A stretch of DNA of 64,000 nt from an uncultured Clostridia bacterium (GTDB taxonomy: Bacteria > Bacillota > Clostridia > Oscillospirales > Acutalibacteraceae). How positions within the stretch are numbered: position 1 is the stretch's first letter; each line of letters begins with the position of its first letter. The notes below the pieces were generated by a model, which was not told the origin of the DNA, searched no databases, and saw only the letters and a program-made list of their open reading frames with translations. A program made the position numbers and the translations under genes. Where the stretch lies: NCBI GenBank assembly GCA_944384845.1, contig CALWUZ010000212.1:567-64566 (forward strand). The letters run 5' to 3'. Below are positions 36,901 through 45,795 of the stretch, piece by piece.

Positions 36901-37428
36901 AGTGTCCTTTCCGAGATTCTTCACACGAATAGTTTTGTCGCTGTCCTTTGCATAGTTCGTTCCGTCGGTAAAGCTCAAAAGATAATTCAGATTATTATTG
37001 CCCCAGCTTCCGTCAGACGCCACAGAGCAATTATCCCATTCCATCACCACCGAATCAATATACCGACGGTACGGCGCGGGAACAGACAATGTAAAAGCAT
37101 AGTTCTGAACCTTACTTATTGTTCTGTCATCGTTAGAGGCTGTCTGCTCGTTAAACCAAAGCTTTAGTCCCTTGCTGCCGTCTTCAAGCCCTACTACCTC
37201 GCGCTTTCCGCCGTAATCATCTGATGAATGCCATTTCATATTGACCGGCAAATCGTTGGGACTGTCCTTTGAAAGAATATAACCGTCTTCAAAATCGCTG
37301 AAATCAAGAAGAGGTATTGTTTTTGTGACCTCTTCGTCCGATGCGGCTGCCGGCGCCGGCATAAACGCCGACGCTGCCAACAGAAAAGTGCTTAGAAAAA
37401 CTGCAAGTGATTTTATACATTTTTTCAT
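33913..37428 (-). CDS. Secreted 1171-aa multi-module protein with C-terminal GH5 catalytic domain
   Basis: Signal peptide ...PAPAAAS. N-terminal modules are shared with ORF 40829-43270 (e.g. ...VFYFDDFRYE). The C-terminal ~325 aa (33916-34890) has GH5 motifs FDHVRLP, FELINEP (acid/base) and WISEFG (nucleophile). Confidence 0.8.
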   Translation of the reverse strand: MKKCIKSLAVFLSTFLLAASAFMPAPAAASDEEVTKTIPLLDFSDFEDGYILSKDSPNDLPVNMKWHSSDDYGGKREVVGLEDGSKGLKLWFNEQTASNDDRTISKVQNYAFTLSVPAPYRRYIDSVVMEWDNCSVASDGSWGNNNLNYLLSFTDGTNYAKDSDKTIRVKNLGKDTITKNIADMGKVSEWQFLDYYGNYNSVKWTEEDKSGISDIVLAVTVPYAADITSAYLLIESIGIVVKGTAGELEKADADYDELLEKSAVIADFENGTLTNVKHSAVLIDSEATEGVFAAQGRYMISHTRPSSMYDGNFNLQLNSEIRRYDGVSFYVYNPGNVSATLRCWIKSDGTPIAQKLFTVSPVGDYIKYTIWFDDVGTYNPNNQWYHSESNGYSISDIKNTVTEIDFRLPQAAEGSVFYFDDFRYEKYNNEFDREASLSLENTETVLDNGYEDDEQPVVTDDGITYSLDGSRNGPLTGNARWQGYKTVFPLSPEQMLNANGIMLTAENNSSVQATLGVMLRGDTDNNGEDNVWRWNEDPNSVVVKPGETVTKALNYRSNLYNNSDYGVHNWYKPAPSYPSAEENSRIRQLEIYVWVPEGASAGDTLEILNVKLLYGGNIVSADSSVTNGGIIIQDSGMVFPDETAVFTVAPDAGYRLVPGTLKVTDDSGNEIPVARDGFRETNSGSTYTFAMPASDVSVYAEFSDDLMTVYSQISAIPLRNAVKFDYTVPLYNGDINIYGEKYKAVTYGALVTSAEVIDKYDMWDSYTIEGIESAGASLYVDNVVINESKGFVYDRSNQSFEYNVIIDEIAPERQNTEFAVCAYVEYELSGGGTEYFYDDIQFAVYSDIEFESYNKAPSLKCGINISGDFDNLKKSIEELPGSTSLSESTYSSAASAGFDHVRLPLKLAYVTDESGILDETFMSYVDDAVIMALNNGLTVVLDFHSFNELMEDVNGNSDLFYSIWEQVAERYKNYPDSVIFELINEPTPAGEGPDLMSSEKLNELQNTAVAKIRAIDSDRIIALTACPYGGTYAADSIVLPEDTSNLIVSLHNYGAMSFTHQGMGYPVGADFQISGSPAEIEAGIRDASDFSAAHGNIPVWISEFGVYMGGLNSSPDDGFDESDVTEYLDYFTSLCNESGVGWCVWEYNVGFGIFDADDNMKDFAAAGLNFR

Positions 37429-38378
37429 AAAACTACACCCTCCGATATATTATTTAATACTGCGCTTATATTATAGGTTTGTTTATAAATAAGTGCATCC
37501 AAAACCGGCTTTATCCATTTATCTGTCTTTATATCATAACATCTAAAGCCGTAGCAAAATTCCCAGTACGCCCATCCAAATCCACGTTCCTCGCAAAGCT
37601 TCACCATAAAAGCCGTCCATTCGGCACGCATATTTAAATCCGCCACGCACATAACGCCGAATTCGCCTAAATGAACATACCTTCCGTAAAAATCCGACCA
37701 CCGTTTTGCCATGTCAAAACGGTATTCAAGAAGCCTTCTCTCCTTATCACTGCCCCATACAACGCCGGTCGGCCAGTCTCCGGACATCCAGTCGGCTCCC
37801 TGATGAGTAAATTTCATCGGTGTGTATTCATGCAGCGTTACAAAAATATTTTTATCGTCCGCAGGAAGCTCAAGGTGCATAAGATTTTCAATTGTATTGC
37901 AATGTGCGCTTGCCGCGGCAATCCATCGCGTCGGATTGCTCTTTCTGATTTCTTTGATTGCTTCATTCTGAATTTCATTAAGCAAAACATAATCATACTT
38001 ATTGTCCGGCTCGTTCATCACCTCAAAAATCACTCGCTCATCCATATCCTTCATATAATCCGCCAGCTCGCTCCAGAATTTTAAGAAAGCGTTTTTATTT
38101 CCGAGAGGATTTTCGTTCATGCCGGCAAAGGGATGAATATCAACCATAACATAAAATCCGCTGTCAAGCGCCATCTGGGTAATATCGCGCATTTCCTTGT
38201 AAAAGGAGGTCTCCGGCCGGCACGCCGGATTGTCAGGATTTACCGTAAACGGCAGCCGTACATGATCAAAACCCGCTTTTTTCAAAATATCCATATACCT
38301 GCGGGCTTCTGCTTTTCTTTCGTCTGTCCACGGCTTCAAATCAATATTCATTCCGCGCTTTAATTTTGTTATATCCAT
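37425..38378 (-). CDS. GH5-family glycoside hydrolase, no signal peptide (cytoplasmic)
   Basis: FDHVRLPF, FEVMNEP, YTPMKFTHQGADW, HLGEFG. 4-nt overlap with the downstream gene. Confidence 0.8.
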   Translation of the reverse strand: MDITKLKRGMNIDLKPWTDERKAEARRYMDILKKAGFDHVRLPFTVNPDNPACRPETSFYKEMRDITQMALDSGFYVMVDIHPFAGMNENPLGNKNAFLKFWSELADYMKDMDERVIFEVMNEPDNKYDYVLLNEIQNEAIKEIRKSNPTRWIAAASAHCNTIENLMHLELPADDKNIFVTLHEYTPMKFTHQGADWMSGDWPTGVVWGSDKERRLLEYRFDMAKRWSDFYGRYVHLGEFGVMCVADLNMRAEWTAFMVKLCEERGFGWAYWEFCYGFRCYDIKTDKWIKPVLDALIYKQTYNISAVLNNISEGVVL

Positions 38379-38390
38379 TTCCTTTACCCC

Positions 38391-39611
38391 TTAATGAAGA
38401 TTATTTATAATAAAATCTTTCCACTGTCCGGTGTTCATATCATACGCTCCGTATCCCGCATTGAACTCCCAATAGGAATAAGAAAGATTCTTCTCTTTGC
38501 AAGCCGACGAAAAAAAGCTGTCATACTCCGCCACATCGTTTTGATCTGCTATCCCGAGATATACGCCCCATTCACTAATCCATACGTTTCTGCCGGTGCG
38601 TTCCTCATAAATACGGCACTGTTCAAGCGCGGATTCGACCGATTTTTTAATTTCATCGCTCATATGAACCTTTTCGCTGTAAGGGTTCCCTGCCAGCCAG
38701 TTGGCGCCCTGATGCGTAAAATTCATGGTATTGTAATTATGTATTGATATTATCAGATTTTCGTCATTAGGAGGAACCTGCGTATTCCAGAGATTCCATG
38801 TGCCGTTGTTCTCGTTTGTCGCAAGCGCGATTGTACGCGTAGGATTTGTACGTCGTATACGCCTTACAGCCTCAAGCTGAAGCTCATTTAGCTGCCCGTT
38901 GCTTATCGGTTTGTTCGGCTCATTGATAAGCTCGAACATAAGCTCTTCGGGATAGCTCTGATACCGCTCCGCAAGCTGTTCCCAGATTTTATAAAAGCAC
39001 TCCTTATTACCTTCAAAATCAGAAGCCAGCCTTCCTGCCCAGCCGTGAAAATCGATTACCGCTATAAGCCCTGCGTCAAGCGCGTTATTTACCGAAAGAT
39101 CGACTGCGCGCAGAAACTCGGTATCGATATAATATTCGGGCGCTTCTCCGATATGGTGAGCAAAATTCACCGGAATGCGGACATGGTCAAAGCCGGCGTC
39201 GGCGATTGTCTCATAGTAGCTAATGTCAAATATCCAAGAGCTGTAATTTACTTCTCCCGCAGCTTCAAGCGGACCTGAAATATTTATACCCCGCCGCATT
39301 CTGTCGGATATATGCTCTTTCGCTTCCGCGGTATTATCCTCGTCAGGCTCACTGCCTGTCTCAGCGTCGCTGACATTCTGAGGCCTCTGAGAACTTGGAG
39401 CGTTATTTGCGGACGATATATTATCTTCCTTTTCTGAAACAGTTTCGGATTGAATGCTGCTGCCGGTATTTTCGGAAACCCCGGCACTGTCGGATATGGT
39501 TACGCCGGGGTCCGGGGTCTCCTTTTTTGACTCAGTCTGCGTTTTGCCGCCGCAGGCGGAAAAAACCGTCAGTTGGATAAGAGCAAGCACAAGGGCAATC
39601 ATTTTTTTCAT
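38391..39611 (-). CDS. GH5-family glycoside hydrolase, lipoprotein
   Basis: Lipobox LTVFSAC, S/E-rich linker, FDHVRIPV, FELINEP, FTHQGANW, WISEWG. Confidence 0.8.
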   Translation of the reverse strand: MKKMIALVLALIQLTVFSACGGKTQTESKKETPDPGVTISDSAGVSENTGSSIQSETVSEKEDNISSANNAPSSQRPQNVSDAETGSEPDEDNTAEAKEHISDRMRRGINISGPLEAAGEVNYSSWIFDISYYETIADAGFDHVRIPVNFAHHIGEAPEYYIDTEFLRAVDLSVNNALDAGLIAVIDFHGWAGRLASDFEGNKECFYKIWEQLAERYQSYPEELMFELINEPNKPISNGQLNELQLEAVRRIRRTNPTRTIALATNENNGTWNLWNTQVPPNDENLIISIHNYNTMNFTHQGANWLAGNPYSEKVHMSDEIKKSVESALEQCRIYEERTGRNVWISEWGVYLGIADQNDVAEYDSFFSSACKEKNLSYSYWEFNAGYGAYDMNTGQWKDFIINNLH

Positions 39612-40828
39612 TTTGTTCCCCTCCTCCTTTTACTGCGCCTTACAAGTATGACCGCAGTCACGGCTCCGCCAGCTGCCAGCACTGATCCGGTGGCTATCAG
39701 AACTATCTGCCAAGCCTGAAGTCCGGAAGTGGATTTTTTCTTTCTGCGCACAATTTCCTCTATTATCTGCCGCTTAATTACTCTCTGCGGCTCGCCCGAA
39801 TCGCCGTTTTCCTGCTCTGCGCCGTTCGTCTGCTGAGTGTAAATATTATCAGTATTTACGACAAAGGAATTGCCGCCGCTATTTTCTATTGCTTCTTCGG
39901 GTTCCTCTGCGCCTCCCTTTACAACAGCAAAAGTTCCTGTCATAAATGTATTCAGTGAAATATAACCGTCCTCAACAACGTAACGCTCCTTTATAAAAGA
40001 ACCGTCGAAATAAACGCGGTATAAAAATATTTCGCTGAAATCCAGCGCCGGGTCAACCTTGAAGCTCAGCCATATTTTTCCGTTAGGCTCTATGACGTCT
40101 CCCGCAGCTGAATAAAAGGTGATTGTTTTAAAAGCCAGCGGCTGTGCTTCCGCGCCGAAATCAATACCCCAGCTCTTTACGGCTGACAGCGGATCCTCTG
40201 ACTCTATTACGGTAACTGTACTCATATCAAGAGCATCGTTATAGGCGTCCACAGCCACATCCTTATCCTCGTAATGATAGCCCGAATAGATTACGGCGCT
40301 GCCTACTTCTTTACTCCAAACCGACAGTCCGCTCAGCATTATTTCTCCGACCGACTGACCGTCGTGTGATACAGGCAGCACGGATATCGAACGTATATCC
40401 GAATAATCGAAAACAGCGTCAGGATTATTTTCCAAAAACCCGCTGTATATATCGGCAAAAGACAGCTGATATACACCATAAGAGCCATCCTCAGGCGGCT
40501 CGGTTTCTACAGATACCGGAAGACTGTTTCCTGTGCTGTCGGTAAGCGTCAGTTCGACCAAAAGCGGTTTATCCGACTTCAGATAAAAGCCTAAAGTCGC
40601 AGTATCAATAAACGGAGTTAAATCGCTGCAGTAATTCGTAAAGACATTTTCAAAAACCGCAGGAGATACTTCAGCCGAAGCGTCTGTCTCAAGCCTCCAG
40701 GCAGTTGTAAACAGCTTATAATTGGGATCGTTTCTGTTTATCTTGGTCTCCTGCGCCGTAATATAACCGCCGCCGGGCTTAAAGCGGTTGGCTTTTACTA
40801 TCTGGCGTGTCTGCGTTTCATAATTTTG
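39608..40828 (-). CDS. C-terminal, membrane-anchored continuation of the upstream surface-protein frame (separated from it only by TAG 40829-40831)
   Basis: The track ORF begins at TTG 40561, but the 89 codons upstream (40562-40828) are open, in frame with ORF 40829-43270, lack any ATG/GTG/TTG and read like protein (…GFYLKSDKPLLVELTLTDSTGNSLPV). The C-terminus has a TM span (IVLIATGSVLAAGGAVTAVILV) plus RRSKRRRGTK. Confidence 0.55.
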   Translation of the reverse strand, partial: QNYETQTRQIVKANRFKPGGGYITAQETKINRNDPNYKLFTTAWRLETDASAEVSPAVFENVFTNYCSDLTPFIDTATLGFYLKSDKPLLVELTLTDSTGNSLPVSVETEPPEDGSYGVYQLSFADIYSGFLENNPDAVFDYSDIRSISVLPVSHDGQSVGEIMLSGLSVWSKEVGSAVIYSGYHYEDKDVAVDAYNDALDMSTVTVIESEDPLSAVKSWGIDFGAEAQPLAFKTITFYSAAGDVIEPNGKIWLSFKVDPALDFSEIFLYRVYFDGSFIKERYVVEDGYISLNTFMTGTFAVVKGGAEEPEEAIENSGGNSFVVNTDNIYTQQTNGAEQENGDSGEPQRVIKRQIIEEIVRRKKKSTSGLQAWQIVLIATGSVLAAGGAVTAVILVRRSKRRRGTK

Positions 40829-40837
40829 CTAATTTTG
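40820..40837 (-). repeat. Imperfect 9-bp tandem duplication containing the in-frame TAG
   Basis: The minus strand reads CAAAATTAG CAAAATTAT (Q-N-stop Q-N-Y). The two 9-mers differ only at the last base (G vs T). Confidence 0.9.
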
Positions 40838-43270
40838 CGGAACATCGCTGTAATAGACGTCTATATAATTTATCTGAACATTCCATCCCTCATTGCCCTC
40901 ACAGGTCGGAGCGGTTATGTATATCATAATCGTGTTAATCATACCGAGCTGCTCTTCGTCCCATCTTGCCGCCGTACCGCTCCATCCCAGAATTGCGGAC
41001 TGAGATGTCAAAAGCCTCATCTCTTTAAACTGCTGCCTGACCTCAACAGTTTGACCGACGTCCGGAAATTTAGTCGTGTCTTCATCTTTCTTTCCGTAAT
41101 AGCCTCCGCCGCCGATCGCAATGCTGTGATATATGTTTTCAGCATTACTCCAGCTATTGTCACAGGAAACTGCGTTATTGGTCAATCCGACCCGCAGCTC
41201 GACAGCGCCGGTCATCACGCTTTCCGGCAGGGAAAGCTTAAGCAAAAAATACTTGCGCCCGCTTATCCGATTTGAGGTAGAAAAATCGGTGGCGGCATCA
41301 AAGTTTATCTGATATGCCTTTGAATTATCCGCGTTTTGAACAACGCCCGAGCTGCCTTTGTAAGTTCCTTCGATTTCAACGTTTTCAGGCAGCTGACCGC
41401 CCGGCTCGCAATCTTCAAAGTCGAGCATTCTAACAAGCATTTTATCTCTGTCGTCCGTTACAATAAGCTCAAACGAGTCAAATAAAACGCCGCCGCTGCC
41501 TTTATATACATTTGGTATTCTGATACGCAGATAAGCAATGTCGCTGATTTCATCCTCCGTCATAACGCTGCCCATGGTTGTGCCGCCCCAGAATTCATCT
41601 CCGGTTTTAAGACCGATGTCATCAAAGAAAATGCGTACTCTCGTATAACCTTCCTTTCCGGGGTCTATTGTTGTAATATACTGATATTTTACGCTTCCGG
41701 AGGACTGCACCATAAAGCAGCGCAGCTGCGCGCCTGCAGCAGCGTCAAGATTTTTAGCATAAAACTGTATTCCTGCGCTTTCCGATACGCGTTCGTCCAA
41801 ATTGATTCGAATAGACGCGCTATAATCGTTGCCGCTGTCTTTGCCTCCCTTAAACAGAAGCGCGTTAGGACTGCTCACTGAGTCAGAAGAAATTTCAAAG
41901 CTGCCGGCGCCGGCGTCTGTCTTAAAAGTATTAAGGGATAAAAGCCGATCAAGGTCATCATATTCATCAAAAGAAACAAGGTAGGGATCGACCGCATCTA
42001 TTGCCTCAAGAACGCTGCGGTCGCCCTTTAAGGTGACGCTTATATCCCCTATGCTCACACTCCAGCCCTCGGTGCCGTCACAAGTCGGTATAGTAATGTA
42101 TATAAGTAATTTCGTTGCCTCTGCCATATGACGGTAGGTCCATTTATCAGCCGAGGAGCTGCTTTTTCCCAAAAACGCGGATCTTGCAACTCTTAACATT
42201 CCGACGGTATTTTCCGAAATAACGCCCTCGGCGTCATACTCAAGCTCATTGGCGCCTGTAACTGTTTTTCCGTATTTTGTACCGTCGGTAATGCCGATTA
42301 GGTAATACATTCTTTCCCTTACGTTTGCAGGCGGGCTTTTATCGCTCTTTATCTCAACGTTTACGGCGTCAAGATATTTAGCATATTTTTTCGGAATATC
42401 TACAGAAAGCGCAATATATTTAGGTCTGCCGGATACGGTGGAGGCGGTTGAGCTGCCAACCGCTTTGTCAAACGCCACGTTATACATTTTTGAGCCGTCA
42501 GAGCTTTCTGTAATTGAGACTGTCCCGTCATATACTTTTGCGTCGTCCAACACCGTAAAGCCGTCAGGCGCCGTAAATTCGGTACCTGTTTGACATTCAT
42601 CAAAGGTCACCAGCGTTTTTTCAAGCGTTGTAATATCTTCCGCCTCTTCCTCCGTTATGTAACGAAAATCATCAAAATAAACGCCGGCGTGTTCACTGCC
42701 GATAGACGGAATACGTATCATAAGCCTATCAAGCGTTAAAATTTCATCATAGGGAATAGCTGCTCCCTCAGATGAGCTTCCGTTAAAGTAATCTCCGGTA
42801 CGCAGCCCTATATTACTGAAATCAATGGTTACGGTGTGCCAGCTGCCGTCAGCCGCGGCAGATACGATATACTGATAATTCCCGTTCGCCGAATCTAAAA
42901 AGCATCTGATGGAAGCGGACTTCTCCGCGTCACGGTTGAGTACCTTAAACGTAATGCCGTAAGCCTCTGAGATTCCGCTGTCAAATTTTACCGAGATATA
43001 GGTATCATAATCCATCTGAACCGTACTCTTTGGCAAATAGCAGAGTGAATTTTTTCCGTCTGAAACATACCGGGCATCGGTATTAACCGAAATATTTCCG
43101 GAATATCCTATAACGTCCTGAGCTGACAGTTCATTCGCCGTATCGGCCTCTTCAAATGATGTAATAACCTTGTAACCGGCGGCAGCCGTCCTTCCCGCAA
43201 GCGGAAAAAACGGTCCGGCGGCTATTGCCGCGCACAACACAAAAAGAAGATATTTTTTAAATTTTTTCAT
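40829..43270 (-). CDS. Secreted 813-aa multi-module surface protein, function unknown (N-terminal part of the interrupted 1220-codon frame)
   Basis: Signal peptide MKKFKKYLLFVLCAAIAAGPFFPLAG. Two module types alternate, each present twice (type A ends ...VYFDDFRYI / ...VLFDSFELI; type B ends ...IYITIPTCDGTEGWSV / ...IYITAPTCEGNEGWNV). Confidence 0.75.
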   Translation of the reverse strand: MKKFKKYLLFVLCAAIAAGPFFPLAGRTAAAGYKVITSFEEADTANELSAQDVIGYSGNISVNTDARYVSDGKNSLCYLPKSTVQMDYDTYISVKFDSGISEAYGITFKVLNRDAEKSASIRCFLDSANGNYQYIVSAAADGSWHTVTIDFSNIGLRTGDYFNGSSSEGAAIPYDEILTLDRLMIRIPSIGSEHAGVYFDDFRYITEEEAEDITTLEKTLVTFDECQTGTEFTAPDGFTVLDDAKVYDGTVSITESSDGSKMYNVAFDKAVGSSTASTVSGRPKYIALSVDIPKKYAKYLDAVNVEIKSDKSPPANVRERMYYLIGITDGTKYGKTVTGANELEYDAEGVISENTVGMLRVARSAFLGKSSSSADKWTYRHMAEATKLLIYITIPTCDGTEGWSVSIGDISVTLKGDRSVLEAIDAVDPYLVSFDEYDDLDRLLSLNTFKTDAGAGSFEISSDSVSSPNALLFKGGKDSGNDYSASIRINLDERVSESAGIQFYAKNLDAAAGAQLRCFMVQSSGSVKYQYITTIDPGKEGYTRVRIFFDDIGLKTGDEFWGGTTMGSVMTEDEISDIAYLRIRIPNVYKGSGGVLFDSFELIVTDDRDKMLVRMLDFEDCEPGGQLPENVEIEGTYKGSSGVVQNADNSKAYQINFDAATDFSTSNRISGRKYFLLKLSLPESVMTGAVELRVGLTNNAVSCDNSWSNAENIYHSIAIGGGGYYGKKDEDTTKFPDVGQTVEVRQQFKEMRLLTSQSAILGWSGTAARWDEEQLGMINTIMIYITAPTCEGNEGWNVQINYIDVYYSDVPQN

Positions 43271-43280
43271 AGGCGTCTCC

Positions 43281-44786
43281 CTATTTTATCGAACCGGTAT
43301 ACTTAATATCCTTTGTCCTGTCGTTTACATTTGTTTGGAAAGTGTTTTGATATGTGTCCACAAAAGTTCCCGGCGTCATTATGCCTTCAAAAAGCTGTCC
43401 GATAGCCGCGGCATACGACGTTGTATTATTGCCTAACTCAACTTTTGTAGTGCCGTCCCACACCTGTTTGACAGTTCCGTCATGCAAGGTTTTAAACATA
43501 TTGTAAGCTTCTTTATCTTTAAAAAATCTTATCCATTCATCTCTGAACTGATCGTCTCTGCTGTAACCGTCCGGCATTTTATAAAGCTCGTCAAGCAAAA
43601 GCAGAAGATCGGAAGTCATATTGGCATAAGCGGAAGGTACCACATAGCTGTATTCGTCAGTAAGCATTGAAACATATTCTTTGGCGTTCGGGCCCATCGG
43701 AATATACGCTATTCCCCACTCATCCTTCAAAGAGGTGTAGGCACGGCTGATGCCGTCGTGACCAGTAAAATACATTGCTATTTTCTTTGCCGCAAAATCC
43801 TGAGCAAGCTGTGTCCAGGTCATTTGCCCGTAATTAAAGGAAGCCACTTTATTTACATTTACCCAATCATAAATTTGCTGCAAAGCCGCGCGCGTACCCT
43901 CTGAGGAAAGCTGTACCTTATATTTTCCGTCGGAGCCGGGTATACAGATATTACTGTTGTTGCTCAGCGCAAGCGCTGCTGCCGAAGAGGTCTCAAGTCC
44001 AATACCGTATTGCGTCACCTCACCGGAAGAACTGCGGACAGTCAGCTTTTCAGCTATTTCGGTCATTTTGTCCCAGGTCCATTGCTTCTTTGAAATCAGG
44101 TCATATATATCGTAGCCCGCCCTGTCGGTCATTGTCTTATTAAAAATGATAACCGCTGGTACGCGGGCAAATCCATACCCCGCTGTATATTGCTTTCCGT
44201 TAATATTGTTAAGCTGAACATTAAATTTGTTGAATATATCAGAGGTCATATCAATTCCGGTTTTTTTCATAGCGGAATTAAAGTCCGCAATATAACCGTT
44301 GGAGGCGTAATTATAAACCGTAGCCGAACTTATCTGATAAAGCTGTCCCTCCGGTTTTACGCCCGCCAGAACTTCCTGTGCGAGGGTAGTGTTCCATTTC
44401 TTTTCAACAATTTTTACGTTAAATTCTTTTTCGACGCGGTCTACATTGTCATTCCAATTATCCCACGCGGTATACTGACCGCTGGGATATGCTCCCCATT
44501 CTCTCAGGATTGTTATCGTTTTACCGCCGAAATCAAGCTTTTGTTTCGCTTCAGAGGTGGTCTTATTGTCCGAATCCGAGCCGGCGGAAGTGTTTTGACT
44601 GCCGGCTTGCCCGTTCCCGTTTGAAGAGCTGCCGCTGCTTCCGTCGCCGCCCACTATTTCCTCTGTTTCAATCACACGCTGTATAACAGAATAATCTGAG
44701 CTGTCGTCGCCGCTGCTCTGGCAGCCCGAAAAGCATATGACAATAATACCGGAAATTATAAAGCTTATGATACGTTTGAAATTCAA
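43281..44786 (-). CDS. ABC transporter solute-binding lipoprotein (carbohydrate family)
   Basis: TTG start with AAGGAG 9 nt upstream. Lipobox VICFSGC, Gly/Ser linker. Paralog of 17155-18648. Confidence 0.8.
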   Translation of the reverse strand: MNFKRIISFIISGIIVICFSGCQSSGDDSSDYSVIQRVIETEEIVGGDGSSGSSSNGNGQAGSQNTSAGSDSDNKTTSEAKQKLDFGGKTITILREWGAYPSGQYTAWDNWNDNVDRVEKEFNVKIVEKKWNTTLAQEVLAGVKPEGQLYQISSATVYNYASNGYIADFNSAMKKTGIDMTSDIFNKFNVQLNNINGKQYTAGYGFARVPAVIIFNKTMTDRAGYDIYDLISKKQWTWDKMTEIAEKLTVRSSSGEVTQYGIGLETSSAAALALSNNSNICIPGSDGKYKVQLSSEGTRAALQQIYDWVNVNKVASFNYGQMTWTQLAQDFAAKKIAMYFTGHDGISRAYTSLKDEWGIAYIPMGPNAKEYVSMLTDEYSYVVPSAYANMTSDLLLLLDELYKMPDGYSRDDQFRDEWIRFFKDKEAYNMFKTLHDGTVKQVWDGTTKVELGNNTTSYAAAIGQLFEGIMTPGTFVDTYQNTFQTNVNDRTKDIKYTGSIK

Positions 44787-44839
44787 GTTTATGCACTCCT
44801 TTATTTAAATATATTTTATATTACCGTCCAACCCGGACA

Positions 44840-45778
44840 TCAGCCTACAAGACCGCTGCGCTCGACGCTTTGAACAAAAAAGCGCTGCGTAAAAAGGTAA
44901 AGCACCAGCAGAGGAACTATCAAAAAAAGTATGCCCGCGTATGCTATCAGGTTGCGGGTGACCTCATCAGCCGCTCCGCCCGAATGAAGACCGTTCAGAG
45001 AGGCCGCTAAATTTGACAGCATTTCCGTATCGCCCATAAAAATAGGAACAAAATCAGAGTCAAGCCAGGTCCATACAAAAGCAAACAAAAATACAGTAAT
45101 CATCATTGTCAGCGAGCCGGGTACCATTATCCGAATAAACGCGCCGACAGGACCGGCGCCGTCAATATAGGCCGCTTCCTCAAGTGCCGGAGGCATTGTT
45201 CGGAAATACTGACGCATTATCAGGATATAGAGCCCGCACCTGAAGCCGCTGGCGGTAACTGCCAAAAAGATTGACGGAAGCTGCGTATTGATAAAAGAAA
45301 TTCCCTGACCGTTATTTAAAAGCGGAATCAATCCGAAGAGTCTGAAATTCCGGAAAAAGGTATAAAGCGGAATTTGAAGTATAACAGGCGGAAGAACCAG
45401 TCCCACAACAGCAAGTATCAAAAGCGGTTTATTAAGAAAGAACTTGAATCTTGCCAGCCCGTAGCCTGCCATAGTACAGCTGACGGTCTGTAAAAAAGCT
45501 ACGGTAAATACAAATTGAAAAGAATAAAGATAGGAATTTCCGATGTCAAGAAGCTCTGCCGCCTTTTTAATATTATCAAGCGTAAAATGCTTGGGTATAT
45601 ATGAAACCGATAGATCATAAACATCCTCAGAGGTCATAAACATCGATGTGATTTGGGTAAAAAAAGGATATATTACAACAAAGGCAAGCAAAATAAAGAG
45701 TATTGCCCGCGCGGCGTTTATAAGTATACCGACTGTATGTTTTCTTAAAAAAGCAGAAGCGTTCAACATTTTTTTCAT
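44840..45778 (-). CDS. Carbohydrate ABC transporter permease (MalG-type)
   Basis: Polytopic, with EAA loop LEEAAYIDGAGPVGAFIRIMVP. Confidence 0.85.
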   Translation of the reverse strand: MKKMLNASAFLRKHTVGILINAARAILFILLAFVVIYPFFTQITSMFMTSEDVYDLSVSYIPKHFTLDNIKKAAELLDIGNSYLYSFQFVFTVAFLQTVSCTMAGYGLARFKFFLNKPLLILAVVGLVLPPVILQIPLYTFFRNFRLFGLIPLLNNGQGISFINTQLPSIFLAVTASGFRCGLYILIMRQYFRTMPPALEEAAYIDGAGPVGAFIRIMVPGSLTMMITVFLFAFVWTWLDSDFVPIFMGDTEMLSNLAASLNGLHSGGAADEVTRNLIAYAGILFLIVPLLVLYLFTQRFFVQSVERSGLVG

Positions 45779-45795
45779 GCTCTGTCACCTCTTTT

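Noticed and set aside
40829-40831. In-frame TAG read as pyrrolysine or another programmed recoding event
   Set aside because: No pyl genes or recoding signals are visible in the window. The stop sits in a fresh-looking 9-bp duplication where the sister codon is TAT, so a simple mutation or sequencing error is the more economical explanation. It is kept as a finding for verification only.
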